A stretch of DNA of 64,000 nucleotides. Source: the human T2T-CHM13v2.0 reference genome, Homo sapiens. The stretch is taken from NCBI RefSeq assembly GCF_009914755.1, contig NC_060934.1, one strand, 5' to 3'. The notes beneath the pieces were generated by a model. It was not told where the DNA came from, did no database searches, and worked only from the letters and a program-made list of their open reading frames with translations. Below are positions 20,330 through 53,513 of the stretch, piece after piece (positions within the stretch are counted from its first letter, which is position 1; every line of letters begins with the position of its first letter). The position numbers and the translations under genes are program-made.

Positions 20330-22030
20330 ATCCCCCATCTTGAAGCATCTCTTCATCTCTTGGCTTCCATATATCATACTCTTCTATCTTTCTTCTACTT
20401 TCTTACCTACTCATTTTCCTTCACCATGGCTGGATGTCTGGAATCTAAACAGTCACTAAACTTTGGAGTACCACAAGGATCAGCCCCATTATCTTTATCA
20501 TTATCTCATTTAGAGCAAAACTTTGTGAAGGGCTTCATCAGCCCCATTGTCTTCTCCATATCTCCTGGCTGCCTAGATAACCCACCAAGTCACATGGGCT
20601 TAAACAGCACCCACGCCTTCGTCTCTGCTAGAGAGACAGGTCCGTGGGCAGAGGGAAGGGCACAGTTATCTAGCCCCCACTTTCTCTCTGAATCCCAGGC
20701 TCCTCTTTCTGTCTGCTCATGACATCGACTCCTGGATGCAGAAAAGGCGTTTGAAATTGAACACGCCGAAAGAGACTCCCTGATACCCCATCCCTTCACT
20801 TCCCCCAGACTTCTGAAACTCAGTAAATGGCCCCACTGTTCACCCAGCTGCTTAAGTCATAAACCTGAAAGTCACCAAGTCTTCCCTTCCCCCTGACCTC
20901 ATGGTTCATTGACTCCATCTGCAAACCTTCCCCTGAATCTGCCCAGTTGTCTCCAAGTTCTTTGCAAGCACCCCGCTCTTAATCTTGATCATTCCTCTTC
21001 TGACACCTGTAGGTGGCCTTCCACCACACTCAGAATAAAAGCTTTGCAGGATCCAAGGAAACCCTGGGTGTTTTGGTCCCTGCCTTGTCCACATTTATTC
21101 CCCACCTACTTCTCCCAACTCCTACACCCTGACACACTGGCCGGCCTTCTGTTCCTCTGTTCACCCTTGGGCCTCCGTACATTCTTTCTTTGCTTTCTTT
21201 TTTTTTTTCTTTTTTTTTTTTGAGACAGAGTCTCACTCTGTCGCCCAGGCTGGAGTGCAGTGGCGTGATCTAGGCTCACTGCAACCTCTGCCTCCTGGGT
21301 TCAAATGATTCTCCTGCCTCAGCCTCCCGAGTATCTGGGACTACAGGCACTTGCCACCATGCCCAGCTAATTTTTGTATTTTTAGTAGAGACAGCGTTTC
21401 ATCATATTGGCCAGGCTGGTCTCAAACTCCAGACCTTGTGATCCGCTGGCCTTGACCTCCCAAAGTGCTAGGATTACAGGTGTGAGCCACCATGCTTGGC
21501 CTTCTTTTTTTTTTTTTTTTCTTTGAGATGGAGTCTTGCTCTGTTGCCCAGACTGGAGTGCAGTGGCAGGATCTTGGTTCACTGCAGCTCACTGCAACCT
21601 CCATCTCTCAGGTTCAAGTGATTCTCCTGCCTCAGCCTCCCGAGTAGCTGGGACTTACAGGCGCATGTCACCATGCCCGGCTAATTTTTTGCATTTTTAG
21701 TAGAGATGGGGTTTCACCATGTTGGCCAAGCTGATCCCGAACTCTTGACCTCAAGTGATCCACCTGCCTGGCCTCCCGAAGTGTTGGGATTACAGGTGTG
21801 AGCCACCACACCTGGCCAGCCTCTGTACTTTCTATTCCCTCTATTGGGAATGTTCTTCCCAAGGATTTTCCCAACATGTCTGCTTCTTGTCATTAGGTCT
21901 CAGCACAGTTGTTAGCTCCTCAGACAAGGCTTCCCTGACCACTCACTCTAAAGGAACCCATGTTACTGCCTATCCCACAACCTTGTTAATCATTTGCATT
22001 GCACACACATACTACTGTCTGATATACATA
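20330..22030 (+). mobile_element. L2 fragments interrupted by two minus-strand AluS (21190-21500, 21503-21815)
   Basis: L2-like ctcagtaaatggccccactgttcacccagctgcttaagtcataaacctg; Alu matches. Confidence 0.7.
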
Positions 22031-22049
22031 TATGTACACATATAGAGAG

Positions 22050-22482
22050 TTTTTTTTTTTTTTTGAGAAAGGTCATGCTCTTTTGCCCAAGCTGGAGTGC
22101 AGTAGCACAGTCATACCTCATTGTAGCCTCAAGCCATCCTCCCACCTCAGCCTCCTGAGTATCTGGGACCACAGGCGCACACCACCACACCCAGCTAATT
22201 TTAAAATTTTTTGTAGCTGGGCGCGATGGCTCACGCCTGTAATCCCAGCACTTTGGGAGGCCCAGGTGGGCAGATCACCTGAGGTCGGGAGTTCAAGACC
22301 AGCCTGACCAACATGGTGAAACATGGTGCCCGCCACCACACCCAGCTAATTTTTGTATTTTTAATGGAGACAGGGTTTCAGTACATTGGCCAGGCTGGCC
22401 TTGAACTCCTGACCTCAGGTGATCCACCCACCTTGGCCCCCCAAAGTGCTAGGATTACAGGCGTGAGCTACCCTGCCTGACC
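22050..22482. mobile_element. Three Alu fragments in alternating orientation (-, +, -)
   Basis: 22050-22215 (-), 22216-22322 (+), 22326-22482 (-). Confidence 0.85.
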
Positions 22483-22909
22483 TGGAACTGCCTTCCCTGG
22501 CTGAGGTCTGCATTGTACGGTTGCCTGCACCCAGCAAGCAGCCACAGAGCCCCTACTGTGCACCAGGAACTCAACTGCTGAGACTGCAAAGATGAATGTC
22601 ACTCTGCCCCCAAGGAGCTCATACTCTAGGGAACAGAGACACACACAGATGGTTGCAATCTGCAGTGGTCCTTGTAATGCCAGACAGGGCAGGATTGCTT
22701 GGAAGTCCTGGGCCAGGATACCCAGTTTTAAAAAGTTTTCCTGGAGGTGGAACCACAAGGCTGACTCTGAAGGCATGAGCTGGGGATGGCCAACCAGACA
22801 GGGGGACAGCAGGAGCAACGGCTAACACTGGAGATTAAAGTGCACAGCAGGCAAACAGAAAGAACTGCAGAAAAGAAAGAAAAATCACAGAAAAGAGCTC
22901 AGTCTACTT

Positions 22910-23232
22910 GTGTTAGATTGCTAGGGCTGCTGTTGCAAAGTGCCACAGACTGGGTGGCTGTGGCCACAGAAACAGTGACACAGAAATTAATGACTGTCTT
23001 CTCCCTGTGTCTTCACATGGTCGTCCCTCTGTGTGTCTGTGTCCTAATCTCTTCTTATAAGGACACCAGTCATATTAGATTAGGGTCTGCCTGAATGACC
23101 TCATTTTAACTTAATTACCTCTTTAAAGACTGTATCTCCAAATATAGTCACATTCTGAGATACAGGGGGTTAAGATTTAAACAGATGAATTGGGTGGAGG
23201 CAGGGAGATGCTGGGGCACAACTCAGCACACA
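22910..23232 (-). mobile_element. MLT1A-type MaLR LTR
   Basis: ctagggctgctgttgcaaagtgccacagactgggtggc...ttataaggacaccagtcatattagattaggg...gtcacattctgag. Confidence 0.8.
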
Positions 23233-23301
23233 AAATTAGTAAACAAAGAAGGACATTTTATCATAAAGACGCCAAGACATCACATGACAAGAATGTCGCT
23301 G

Positions 23302-24108
23302 AGGCCAGGCACAGGGGGCTCACGCCTGGAATCCCAGCACTTTGGGAGGCCAAGGCGGGAAGATCACTTGAGCCCAGGAGTTTGAGACTAGACTGGGCAA
23401 CATGGTGAGACCCCCATCTCTACAAAAAATACAAAAATTAGCCGGGCGTGGTGGCACACACTTGTAGTCTCAGCTACTGGGAGGCTGAGGCAGGAGGATC
23501 TTTTGAATCTGGGAGACAGAGGTTGCAGTGAGCCAAGATCATGCCGCTGCACTCCGGCCCGGGTGACAAAGCCAGACCCTGTCACACAAAAAAAAGCAGC
23601 TCAGCATGTGAAAAGTCTCTCTTCCTTTCTCTGTCTCTCTTTTTTCCTCTCTCTCTGGCCCCCTCATTCTTACATCTCTCCTTCTCTCTCTTTCATATAA
23701 TTGTATAGATATTCAGTTAAAAAATGATAATAACCATCTATATAACTCTTCTGTAAGAAACAGATAAGTCTAGTACCTGTTAGAATACTAACAGAGTTAC
23801 ATATCTTGTTTTTTTCTTTCTTTCTTTTTTTTTTTCAGACAGGGTCTTCTCTGCCACCCAGGTTGGAGTGTAGTGGTGCTACACGGCTCACTGCAGCCTC
23901 TAGCTCCCTGGCTTAAGTGATCCTCCCACCTCAGCCTCCTAAGTAGCTGGGACCACAGGCACACACCACCATGCCTAGTTAATTTTTTGTGGAGATGGGG
24001 TCTATGTTGCCCAGGGCAAGCTGGTCTCCAATTCCTAGGCTCAAGTGATCCTCCTGCCTTAGCCTCCCAAAGTGCTGGGATTACAGGTGTGAGCCACCAC
24101 ACCCGGCC
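23302..24108. mobile_element. Alu (+, 23302-23595) and AluJ (-, 23810-24108)
   Basis: Alu matches. Confidence 0.9.
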
Positions 24109-24129
24109 TTAGAGACATTGTTTCTAAGT

Positions 24130-26060
<1,931 letters not shown>

Positions 26061-26062
26061 TA

Positions 26063-26455
<393 letters not shown>

Positions 26456-26699
26456 TCATATTCTCTCACTCAGGATTGTGCTATTAGACCACGAGAAAGT
26501 GAGCCTGCTTCTGCTAGGGGCTGCTCCTGGAGGAAGTTGGAGCTGTGGGTGTCATTGCTGTAGTGGGAGCTGTTTGCAAAGAAAGAGGAATACAGAGACG
26601 GGGAGACACTGTTCCCTCAGGCATTTAGGGATATATAATTCCAGTCTTGTACAAACTCTACTGGTGAAAAAAAGCTGGAAGTCATCTTACTCATGTATT

Positions 26700-27720
<1,021 letters not shown>

Positions 27721-27732
27721 GAGCAAAATTAA

Positions 27733-28049
<317 letters not shown>

Positions 28050-28087
28050 TAAGTGTGATGAGAAATGAGATGAAATAGCAGTGACTG

Positions 28088-28260
28088 CACCCCAGCCCTG
28101 TGTGCTGTGTGAAAGAGCTGGGCTTTATGTCACCCCAGCCCTGTGTGCTGTGTGAAAGAGCTGGGCTTTATGTCACCCCAGCCCTGTGTGCTGTGTGAAA
28201 GAGCTGGGCTTTATCTCACTCCAGCCCCGTGCGCTGTATGAAAGAGCCAGGACTTTATCT
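28088..28260. repeat. Minisatellite, 43-bp unit x4
   Basis: caccccagccctgtgtgctgtgtgaaagagctgggctttatgt at 28088, 28131, 28174, 28217. Confidence 0.95.
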
Positions 28261-28545
28261 TACGAGTGACGTGGAACAAGAGAAAGCCTTTCAGCAGTGG
28301 CATAATGGGTCAGATTGCGATGTTAAGTATACCAGTTACTTTGGTGGCCCTGTGGAAGGCTGACCCAATGAAGATGAAAGTGGAAGGATGAACACCAGCT
28401 CAGAAGTTGTTGAGTATTCCAGGAAAGAGTTAGTGAAAGCCTGATCACCCGGGATTATAGGACCAATGTGTTGGGGGACATAGATGAAAAATATTTTGGA
28501 GTTATAATCAGAAAGTTTTGAGATGTACTGGGTTAAAAGGGTGAA

Positions 28546-29474
28546 TGTGACATAATAAGAAATATGTATTTGGTGTCTATCCCCAGTTCCTGACACAGAG
28601 CCCCCAAGACCCTTGTAGCTTCCTGAAGGATGGGGTGACAGGAGCAGCTTTCGTTATAATATTTGGTCTTGGTCCGTGTTTCCTGACACAAGAACTTCTA
28701 AGACCCATATGGAATCTCCAGAGTGATGAGCTTCCTTTTCTATGCTCATGAGGTGACTGGGGTACCCAGAGCTTCAGGATGAGTCTAGCTGCTAGAGCCA
28801 CCATATGGTTAGAGGGTTGGAGCTTTCAGCCCCACTCCCTAATCTCCAGGGAGGAGAGGGCATCTGGAGATTGAGATCAATCCCCAATGGCTAATGATTT
28901 AATCAATTATGTCAGTGCAATGGAACCTCCATTAAAAAAACCCTAAAAAACAGGATTTGGAGAGCTTCTGGGCTGGTGAATGCATCCATGTGCCAAGAGG
29001 GTGGTACCTCCCTCCACAGGGACAGAAGCTCCTGCACCCGGAACACTTCCAAACCTCACTCTGCGCACCTCTCCATTGGGCTGTGCATATGTCTCCTTTA
29101 TGACATCCTTTATAATAAACCCGTCATAGCAAGTAAAGTGTTTCTCTGAGTTCTGACAGCTGTTACAGCAAATTATCAAGCATGCAGAGGTCGTCATGGG
29201 AACCCCCAATTTGTAGCCATCAATCAGAAGTCCTGGAGGCCCTGGACTTGAGATTGGCATCTGAAGTGGGGACAGTCTTGTGGGACTAGGCCCTTAACTT
29301 GTGGGGTACAATGCTAACTCCAGGTAAATAGCATCAGAATTGAATTGAAATAAACTGTGCAACATCCAGTTGGTGTCTGCAGAGTTGGAGAATTAGTTGT
29401 TACTGTGGAGGAAAAAAAAAAACCCACACATTTCTCAGAAATGTCGAGAGCATAGAAACAGTGTTTTCTTTTAC
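28546..29474 (+). mobile_element. MER21-family solo LTR, inserted in an L2 remnant
   Basis: Begins tgtgacataataagaaatatgtatttgg...cccagttcctgacacagagc; MER21-like internal blocks (ggctaatgatttaatcaat, acagaagctcctgcacccggaac). Confidence 0.8.
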
Positions 29475-29799
29475 TGAGAGAAAAGGAAGAATCAAGGATA
29501 TTTCCCCAGTCATATTCTATATATGCTGGCAGACAGTGTCCCCACCCGAAAGACTATAAAAGGAAAAACTAATTAAATAAAAACAAATAACATACACAGA
29601 CTGGTCAATTTGTCTTAACTGGTATAGATTTGTTAACCTATATAGAATGGGATCATGTCTGTAACTTTTACCATCACCAGCTTTTATGAAGGATACTGAT
29701 GATGTCAACCTTTTATATTACATGTTTGCAAAGTACAATATCTATTCAATGTAACCACATAGATTTATTTTGCCAGGAGTCTTGAAAAATTAATGAGCA

Positions 29800-29950
29800 G
29801 GCCAGATGCAGTGGCTCACACGGAGGTTGCAGTGAGCCAAGATTGCGCTACTGCACTCCAGCCTGGAAGACAGAGTGAGACTCTGTCTCAAAACAGTAAA
29901 CTAAACTAAACTAAACTAAAATAAAATAAAATAAAATAAAATAAAAATAA
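29800..29950 (+). mobile_element. Internally deleted Alu
   Basis: 5' end joined directly to 3' end; TSD aatgagcag. Confidence 0.85.
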
Positions 29951-29956
29951 AAGTAA

Positions 29957-30498
<542 letters not shown>

Positions 30499-30644
30499 CT
30501 CAGCTTCATTTTTGCTCTTGATGTCTGAAGGAATCAAGCCAGTGATTTCTGAAGTCCTCTCTGAATCAACCAGTACTGTCTGAGAGTGCCTCCCCTCTCC
30601 CCCACCCCCATCCTGAGACTACAAATAGTAGCCATGTGGTTTTC

Positions 30645-30677
<33 letters not shown>

Positions 30678-30964
30678 GAGACAGAGTCTCACTCTTGTCT
30701 TGTCACCCAGGCTGAAGTGCAGCAGCACCATCTTGGCTCACTGCAACCTCTGACTCCTAGGTTCAAGCGATTCTCCTGCCTCAACCTCCCGAGTAGCTTG
30801 AACTACAGGCACGCACCACCATGCCCGGCTAAATTTTGTATTTTTAGTAGAGACCAGGTTGCACCATGTTGGCCAGACTGGTCTCGAACTCCTGACTTCA
30901 GGTGATCCATCCACTTCGTCCTCCGAACGTGCTGGGATTACAGGTGTGAGCCACCGGCCTGGTC
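30645..30964 (-). mobile_element. AluSx
   Basis: Full Alu match. Confidence 0.9.
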
Positions 30965-34842
<3,878 letters not shown>

Positions 34843-35503
34843 TTAGACCAATCAAGGGGACATAAAATAAATAAAAGATAGCAATCTAATGTCTTAAGAA
34901 AACTTGATGGAATTAAAACTTATGAAAATTGGTAAGAAAATTTGTTTTTGTTTTTGTTTTTTCCAGAAGTATCTACTTTTACAAAAGGAGAACCTTCCTT
35001 CTGCAACTGCTGAAGAGGCTCCTCCTAAAGGTACACAAAAATATTCAGCCTGAGTCATGATAAAATGATCATCTGAAAAACTGAAGTACAAGATGACCTG
35101 CTTTCTCCTGTGAGAGATCCTTCTAAACTCACATGTGGCACAGGAATAGGCCTTTGGGATATGACAATTTCATGGTGTATTTCCCTACACGTTCAAATCA
35201 GATTCAGATTTCACATTTGCATTGTGTGAGAGTTCTCATAAAATAGAGTGATGTCCAAATGAAAAGAGGCTTCATCTCATTCCCTAAGGATTATTTTCAC
35301 TAACTCAGCTAAATTTGAGATAGACGCAAATTATACAGCCACATTTTTCCATGTTAATCATAAAACATTTTCCAATAGGAAAAATAACATTTTTATAAAG
35401 AACCTAAGAATGCCATTGTAACTTTGGTTTTCTACTAATATAATTCAGCCATGAGCTAGCAAATATACAATTTCTGAATCACCCGGGAGGTTGTCTGAGA
35501 TGA

Positions 35504-36734
<1,231 letters not shown>

Positions 36735-37139
36735 TAAGTTGCGTCAGTGCAGTAGGCAGCATGTCTCATAAAAATATTTTTTAAAATATCATAGCATAGA
36801 GAAAACTTAAGCATAAATACACTTTCATTAAAAATATCATAATAGCTTATATTCTCTCTTAAAAGAAAATGTAAATTTAAAGTTCTCCTGAAGGTAATCT
36901 TTTTACTCTCCTGCCTTTAAAAAAAAAAATCTAAACTAATTTAAGGTTCTTTGGCATGAGCATTAATATTGAATAATGTATGCTTTAAAATAAAAGTTTT
37001 CTTTTGCGTATAAAGAAGGCTTTAGTATAAAATAGTTTGACCTGTTAGAAGAGTATTACAGGAAACTAAACACAGGGAAATCGAGGAAAAACTAAATGTG
37101 AATACAGGAGGCTGGAAGGTCAGTTGTATTATCAGGAAG

Positions 37140-37540
37140 AGCTGCAGTACCAAGAGGTGGATCCTGGAGCCAGACCACCTGGGTTTGATTCTGTCTTTGC
37201 CACTTACAACCATGTGACCTTGGCCACACCAGTGAACTTTGCTGGGACTCAGTTTGCTCATCTGTAAAACAGAAATAATAATAAACACCTACCTCATGAA
37301 ATTGTGATGAAGATTAATCAATAAAATACATATTCATTGGCAAAGTGTCAGCATGCATTTGTTCATACATTCATTAATTCATGAAACATTTCATGAGCAT
37401 TTTCTATGTGCAGGGCACTATTTTAGGTACTGTAAATACATCAGTGAACAGAAAAGATCAAAATTCCTGCCCTCATGGAGCTTACATTCATGTGAGGAGC
37501 AGAGACACTCCGGATACGTTTTGAAGGTAGAGAGCTCAAT
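37140..37540. mobile_element. MIR (+, 37140-37330) and L2 3' end (-, 37350-37540)
   Basis: ctggagccagaccacctgggtttg...ctcatctgtaaaac; cattcattaattcatgaaacatttcatgagc. Confidence 0.8.
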
Positions 37541-37549
37541 AAGGGTCAA

Positions 37550-38684
<1,135 letters not shown>

Positions 38685-39174
38685 TCAAGACAAGGCTGCC
38701 TCATCAGACCTCTGCTCCCTCACATCACCCGTTTCATCCTGGGGCTCATCCTACTGTGTTCCTCCAGGTTACACGCAGCCCCTGAGCTCTTCTTTTGTTT
38801 GTTGTTTTTCTGCTGCTTCCTGGATTTCTGTCAGCAATCCAGCTTCACAAATTGCTTGGCTGAGGTTCATATTTGCCGTCTTCCTTTGAAACTGTGATTC
38901 ACAGTGTACACCCTTTAAACAGAATCCTCTCAGCCTGCAAGACGAAAAGCTTGTTTTAAAAACAAATTGCAGAACAGGCTGTCTACCCAGGGTTTTCACG
39001 CAGCATGCTCAGATGGGCAAATATAACTAAGAGGGCACATTCAAAATCTCTATTTTTTAAATGAGCCAAAATGTTTTTAGATGCTGATCAGATGGTGATG
39101 TCACTTTGCACCTCCAGGGTGCCCAAAGACAAATCCAGTCAGCTGAGAAAACAAACTTTAAAATTAGAGCTTGA

Positions 39175-40046
<872 letters not shown>

Positions 40047-40094
40047 GACATTTTCATTTAATAAGAAAAGGTGGTGATCATGATAGGCTTATAG

Positions 40095-41343
<1,249 letters not shown>

Positions 41344-41757
41344 TTATTTCCCACTGTTTCAGAGAACCCTGCAGGAGCGTCATGAATCTGTTTTGAGAAG
41401 TGAGCCCTCTTAGTTGCTCCAACGTTGATGTCGTTTTTCCTAAGCGTCCAAACACTCTGACAATGGCCACATGCAGCCCTACTTGTCTGCCCTGGACATA
41501 GCCAGTCAGGTCCTCCTGAGGCTACCAAAGCCTTCTACCCTTCACTTTCCTGTTAGGATGCCTTAAGGAGACATGCATGGAGCAGGACTTTCACGGTTAC
41601 CACCTGCTCTGCTCAGGGTTCCAGCACATATTCCATCCCCTCCTATCCGGGCCCTTTTCTCTCGCCCGATGTCTTCCTTCTGCTGAGTTATTTGCCTGGG
41701 GTGGCCCTAGAGGATCTGCCCAACCTGTTCTCCAAAATCCCAGAATGATTCAGACTT

Positions 41758-42090
41758 TCCCTCCCTCCCTCCCTCCCTCCCTCCCTCCCTCCCTTCTTCC
41801 CTCCCTCCTTCCCTCCTTCCCTCCCTCCCTTCCTTCTTTCTCGAGACAGGGTCTTGCTCTGTCCACGAGGCCAGAGTGCAGTGGTGCAATCGTAGCTCAC
41901 TGCAACCTTGAACTCTTGGGCTCAAGCGATCCTCCTGTCTCAGCCACCCAGGTAGCTAGGATTACAGCCATGTGCCACCATGCCAGGCAATTGTTTTGTT
42001 TTTTGTAGAGACAGGGTCTCACTATATTGCTCAGGCTGGTCTCAAACTCCTGGCTTCCAGTCATCCTCCCATCTCAGCCTCCCGAGCAGG
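41758..42090 (-). mobile_element. AluJ with (CCTC/CCTT)n-converted tail
   Basis: Pyrimidine microsatellite 41758-41835 then Alu. Confidence 0.85.
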
Positions 42091-43049
42091 GTGTTCATGG
42101 GTCCCAGATCCAGCGTGGCACTGATGGTTGTGTCAATTTGGACAGCTACTGCCCCTTTCTGTACCTCAGCTCCTTCTCTTTTAAGTGGGGATAACCATAT
42201 CCCTGACAGGTTTCACAGTAAGGATTAAATGAAACAACTCAGGTAAAGTGGTGAGCATGGCATCAGGGGCAAAGTCAGCTCTCACCATTGCTGCTTTTAT
42301 TATTCCCAGATCCCTATCGCCAAGAGTACAATTCCAGGCAGACTTCTGGCCAACACCATCCTCTGCAAAACTGTTGCTCTTCCCTCCTCGCCTTTATCTA
42401 CCACAGCAAGATCCTGCCATTTCTAGCCCAGAAACACCTTTGGAGTCTACCTACCCTCCTCTCCATACTGGTTACCATTGTCTTCCTTCAGACCTTAACA
42501 GAGACCCTGGAAGCATTGCAATAGCGTCCTAAATAAACACGAACTCCTATCTTGTCCCATTTCCTTCCCAAACATTCTGCACATTGCAGAGATGTAAAGA
42601 TAGCTGACCCATTCACCCTCACTGGCAGGAAAAGGCAAAAACTCAACACACTGGATAGACATGAAAGGCACTTCACAATCCCCACACCTGCACCCTCAGA
42701 CTCACGGTGCACCGCTCTGCCCTGAGGGTCTCTTGCTGTCAGGCATCCGCACTGTTCTAGGTCTGTGCAGTGAATCTCACCACCCTCCACTGACTGTGCG
42801 GGCTTTATACTGTGGCCCCTTACTCAGACAAGTCATTCTGTAAGTTTCTGGAGCTGACCTTTGGCTCTTTGTCTTGGAAATGAGCTCGTGACCCCTCTCT
42901 GAGTCTGGACACCTGAGTAATCACTGCCCTTGCCTTCTACTCAGCTCTGAGGGGCATGGCTTCTGGGGCATCTCTACCATCAGAGAGAGGATAGCAAAAC
43001 CTGGTCACCCAAAACTTCTCATCCATCTGCTCAATAATCCAGTGTCTCT

Positions 43050-45950
<2,901 letters not shown>

Positions 45951-46139
45951 TAAAAATTAAAAGACAGTTTTTAGGGGTCCCCCAAACCCAATTTTCCCGT
46001 TGGATAAAACCCAAATAGGATATAAATGCATGGAAGAGTTCAGAAGCAGACCCTTATATTTTCAAAACAAAAAGTACCACCCTTGACTTGGTTTGGAGAA
46101 CAAATATGAACCTTGGAGCCCTCTCTGAAGCTGGCTCCC

Positions 46140-46700
46140 TTCTCACGGGCGTGGCAGGCCTTGCCTTCTGCACTTACATGTCCCAAGAGGCATCAGCCTG
46201 CCCGCTGAAATCCGAAGCCACATAATGTCAACACAGTACTCCTGTGTAGATATCTGGTCCAGGGAAAATGCCTTGAACGCTTGTACAACCAATTTTCTGG
46301 CAGGCAGTGAGATGAAAAGGAGAATTAATGCATGCATTAAAATAATTTCTTTTGAAAACCCAAACAATTGCTGTGCATCCTTCATCACAACACACACTAA
46401 ATGGCCTTTTCCTACCGCCCTCTCTCTCTCCAGGCATCTTGCCCACCCCCAGCTCTCCTAATAAAGAGCACACTAAGTCTTTAGCTCTGCTGGCAAGGAG
46501 AATTAAATTGCTATTTGCCACCTGGTGTTGTCTTACTTAACGTACTTCCAAATTGCACTTAAACTTCCCTTTGGAACTCAGAGTTTAAATGCTAGAACGA
46601 AGGAAACAAAGCAAGAGAGAAAAACAGAAAAGAAAAGTGAAAAAATTTACATAATTTGCAAACACTGTCTTTAACAGTGTTAAAAAAGTAGTCTTTTTTC
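46140..46700. promoter_or_regulatory. Candidate enhancer/insulator (repeat-free)
   Basis: Perfect 16-bp palindrome TTAATGCATGCATTAA 46325-46340; CTCF-like ACACCAGGTGGCA (minus, 46516-46528); function is inference. Confidence 0.35.
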
Positions 46701-46853
46701 TTCTCTTTGCCTTCATCTTCTGTTCGTCATCTCATTTGTTTCCTCTTGTTCATCTTTATTTTTATCCTTCAGAATTTAATCAAAGAAGAAACACGTTTCT
46801 TCCCATTACAAAACCATACTCGAGTTCAAAATGGGGTACTCTGAGTGTTTTAA

Positions 46854-47893
<1,040 letters not shown>

Positions 47894-47925
47894 TATTTAC
47901 AGGCATCCTGTTTAAGAGATGTTTC

Positions 47926-48542
<617 letters not shown>

Positions 48543-49521
48543 ACGTTTCAGATGTTTATAATTCAGGTTATCGTATTCAGCTTAGAGGGAGAAGGCTTAA
48601 TGTTAGTTGGGTACTAAGTGCAGACAGAGGAAGTGTCATTTCCGTTGTCCTCCCAACAGAGCAGATCCGTGTCCCTCTAAATAAAATGGTTGAGAGAGAA
48701 GAGTCTTGAGTTTTGCTGCAACAAAAAACTAGGGAAAAAAAAACAAATTCAATTTGAGGCTCTAAGCAAGGAGCAGCAAAATGTTGAAAAGGTAATTAAC
48801 ATCTGTATTCCAAAGAGCAGCAGAGAGCAGGTTAGAACAGATGGTTTCAGAAGTCATAAAAATAACCTAGGACAGTCTGTAGGTGGAAGAAAGAGCTTAC
48901 TCCACGTGAGTGACAAGGTACTGTAGTAAATAGTTCATTAGCGTTTTCTGTTGTCTTAACACTTGCTTTAACTGGGTAGTTTGGGCATTAATAAGGAGAT
49001 GGCTCGCGTATTGTTATTGTGATGAATAACTTCTTCGAAAAAAAGTACTTGTAAATGTAATGAGTGGTGTATCCTTGCCTATCTGTTCACAGCATCTGGA
49101 AGTAAATCTAATCCCGGTCAGAAACTATCAATAAAACAGTGGCAGTTAGCTGCCAACAAGCCATAGAGTCGAAATCTAGCCCTACGTGAAGTGCTGCAGA
49201 GTGAAAAATCTCACACACGAAAAAAGTGGTGCTTGGTAAAAGTTAAGAGAACAAAATATAGCAGGAAAAGACCCATGAGTTAAAGCCATAGTTATAGAAA
49301 ATCTAGTAGAAGCACTTGCTTTCCAAAGGCTGAACTCCAGACAGCAAATAATTCACTGATTTTGGAAACTTTCCAAATAACAAAATGTTCTGTTTCAGAA
49401 GTGTCTTGAGCTTTTAGGAGATCAGAATAGAGAAAGGGTACAGTGCCCATTCAGGTCTCGCTTTGTGTTTATGCTGAATAAAAGTTCTCCACGGGAGAAT
49501 ACTGAGTCTCCAATAAGATAG

Positions 49522-51415
<1,894 letters not shown>

Positions 51416-51479
51416 GTAATAATAATGATATATCCTAGAAGGAAAACAAAAAACAAAAAAGCTCCATGTGCTCATTAAC

Positions 51480-51895
51480 TTCTGTCTGCCTCTGTAGATC
51501 CTCTTGCCCGTGTTCACCCTGCTCTGTGCCCTGGGAGGGCTCCCTTGTCTTTCAGTTTCCTGTTGGGCTGAACCAATGGGAGTGCTGCCAGGGGATCAGT
51601 GGTAGGAGTGGCTAGGGACCGGCTGCATGGGTTCCCTGTGGCCTCTACCAAATGCCACAGTCCCCTTCAGAAAGCCCTCTCCAGGCAAACCCCCATCTGG
51701 TACCCAATAACTATTCATTTCCCCTGTCTTTATAGGCCTAGGAATAACAGCTCCCTGTGGTTTACTGTACAACCAGACTTGTGCACAACCAGAGTATACA
51801 ATGCCAGGTAGTGTGTACTCTGCTAGGTCTTATGGATTTCCTTAAAATTTGTACTCAACATTGTAAATAATCCCTTTATTATATTATTCTTTTAT
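51480..51895. mobile_element. LTR33-like ERVL LTR remnant
   Basis: caccctgctctgtgccctgggagg...ttcctgttgggctgaaccaatggga...ttgtaaataatccctttatt. Confidence 0.55.
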
Positions 51896-51899
51896 TACC

Positions 51900-53252
<1,353 letters not shown>

Positions 53253-53513
53253 GATCTGCTTTGGTGTCTGCCACAGGCAGACGCCGTGATTTGCTTACTC
53301 AGCACCCATTACTACTTTTTCTTCCTTGCTAACACAACTGAAATTTGTTGGTACACCAATATTTCAGCCCTAGGCTATAGACCATCCTATACCTAGTCTA
53401 ATCATTACAAATCAATGTTTTCTACTACTGTAATCTCCCTAAAGCTAGGGATGGCCATATGCCCATATTTAGCCAATGACACCTAAATGAAAGTCTACAG
53501 GTGTGGTTTAGAG

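Noticed and set aside
28088-28260. CRISPR-like array
   Set aside because: Head-to-tail repeats with no unique spacers in eukaryotic DNA; it is a minisatellite
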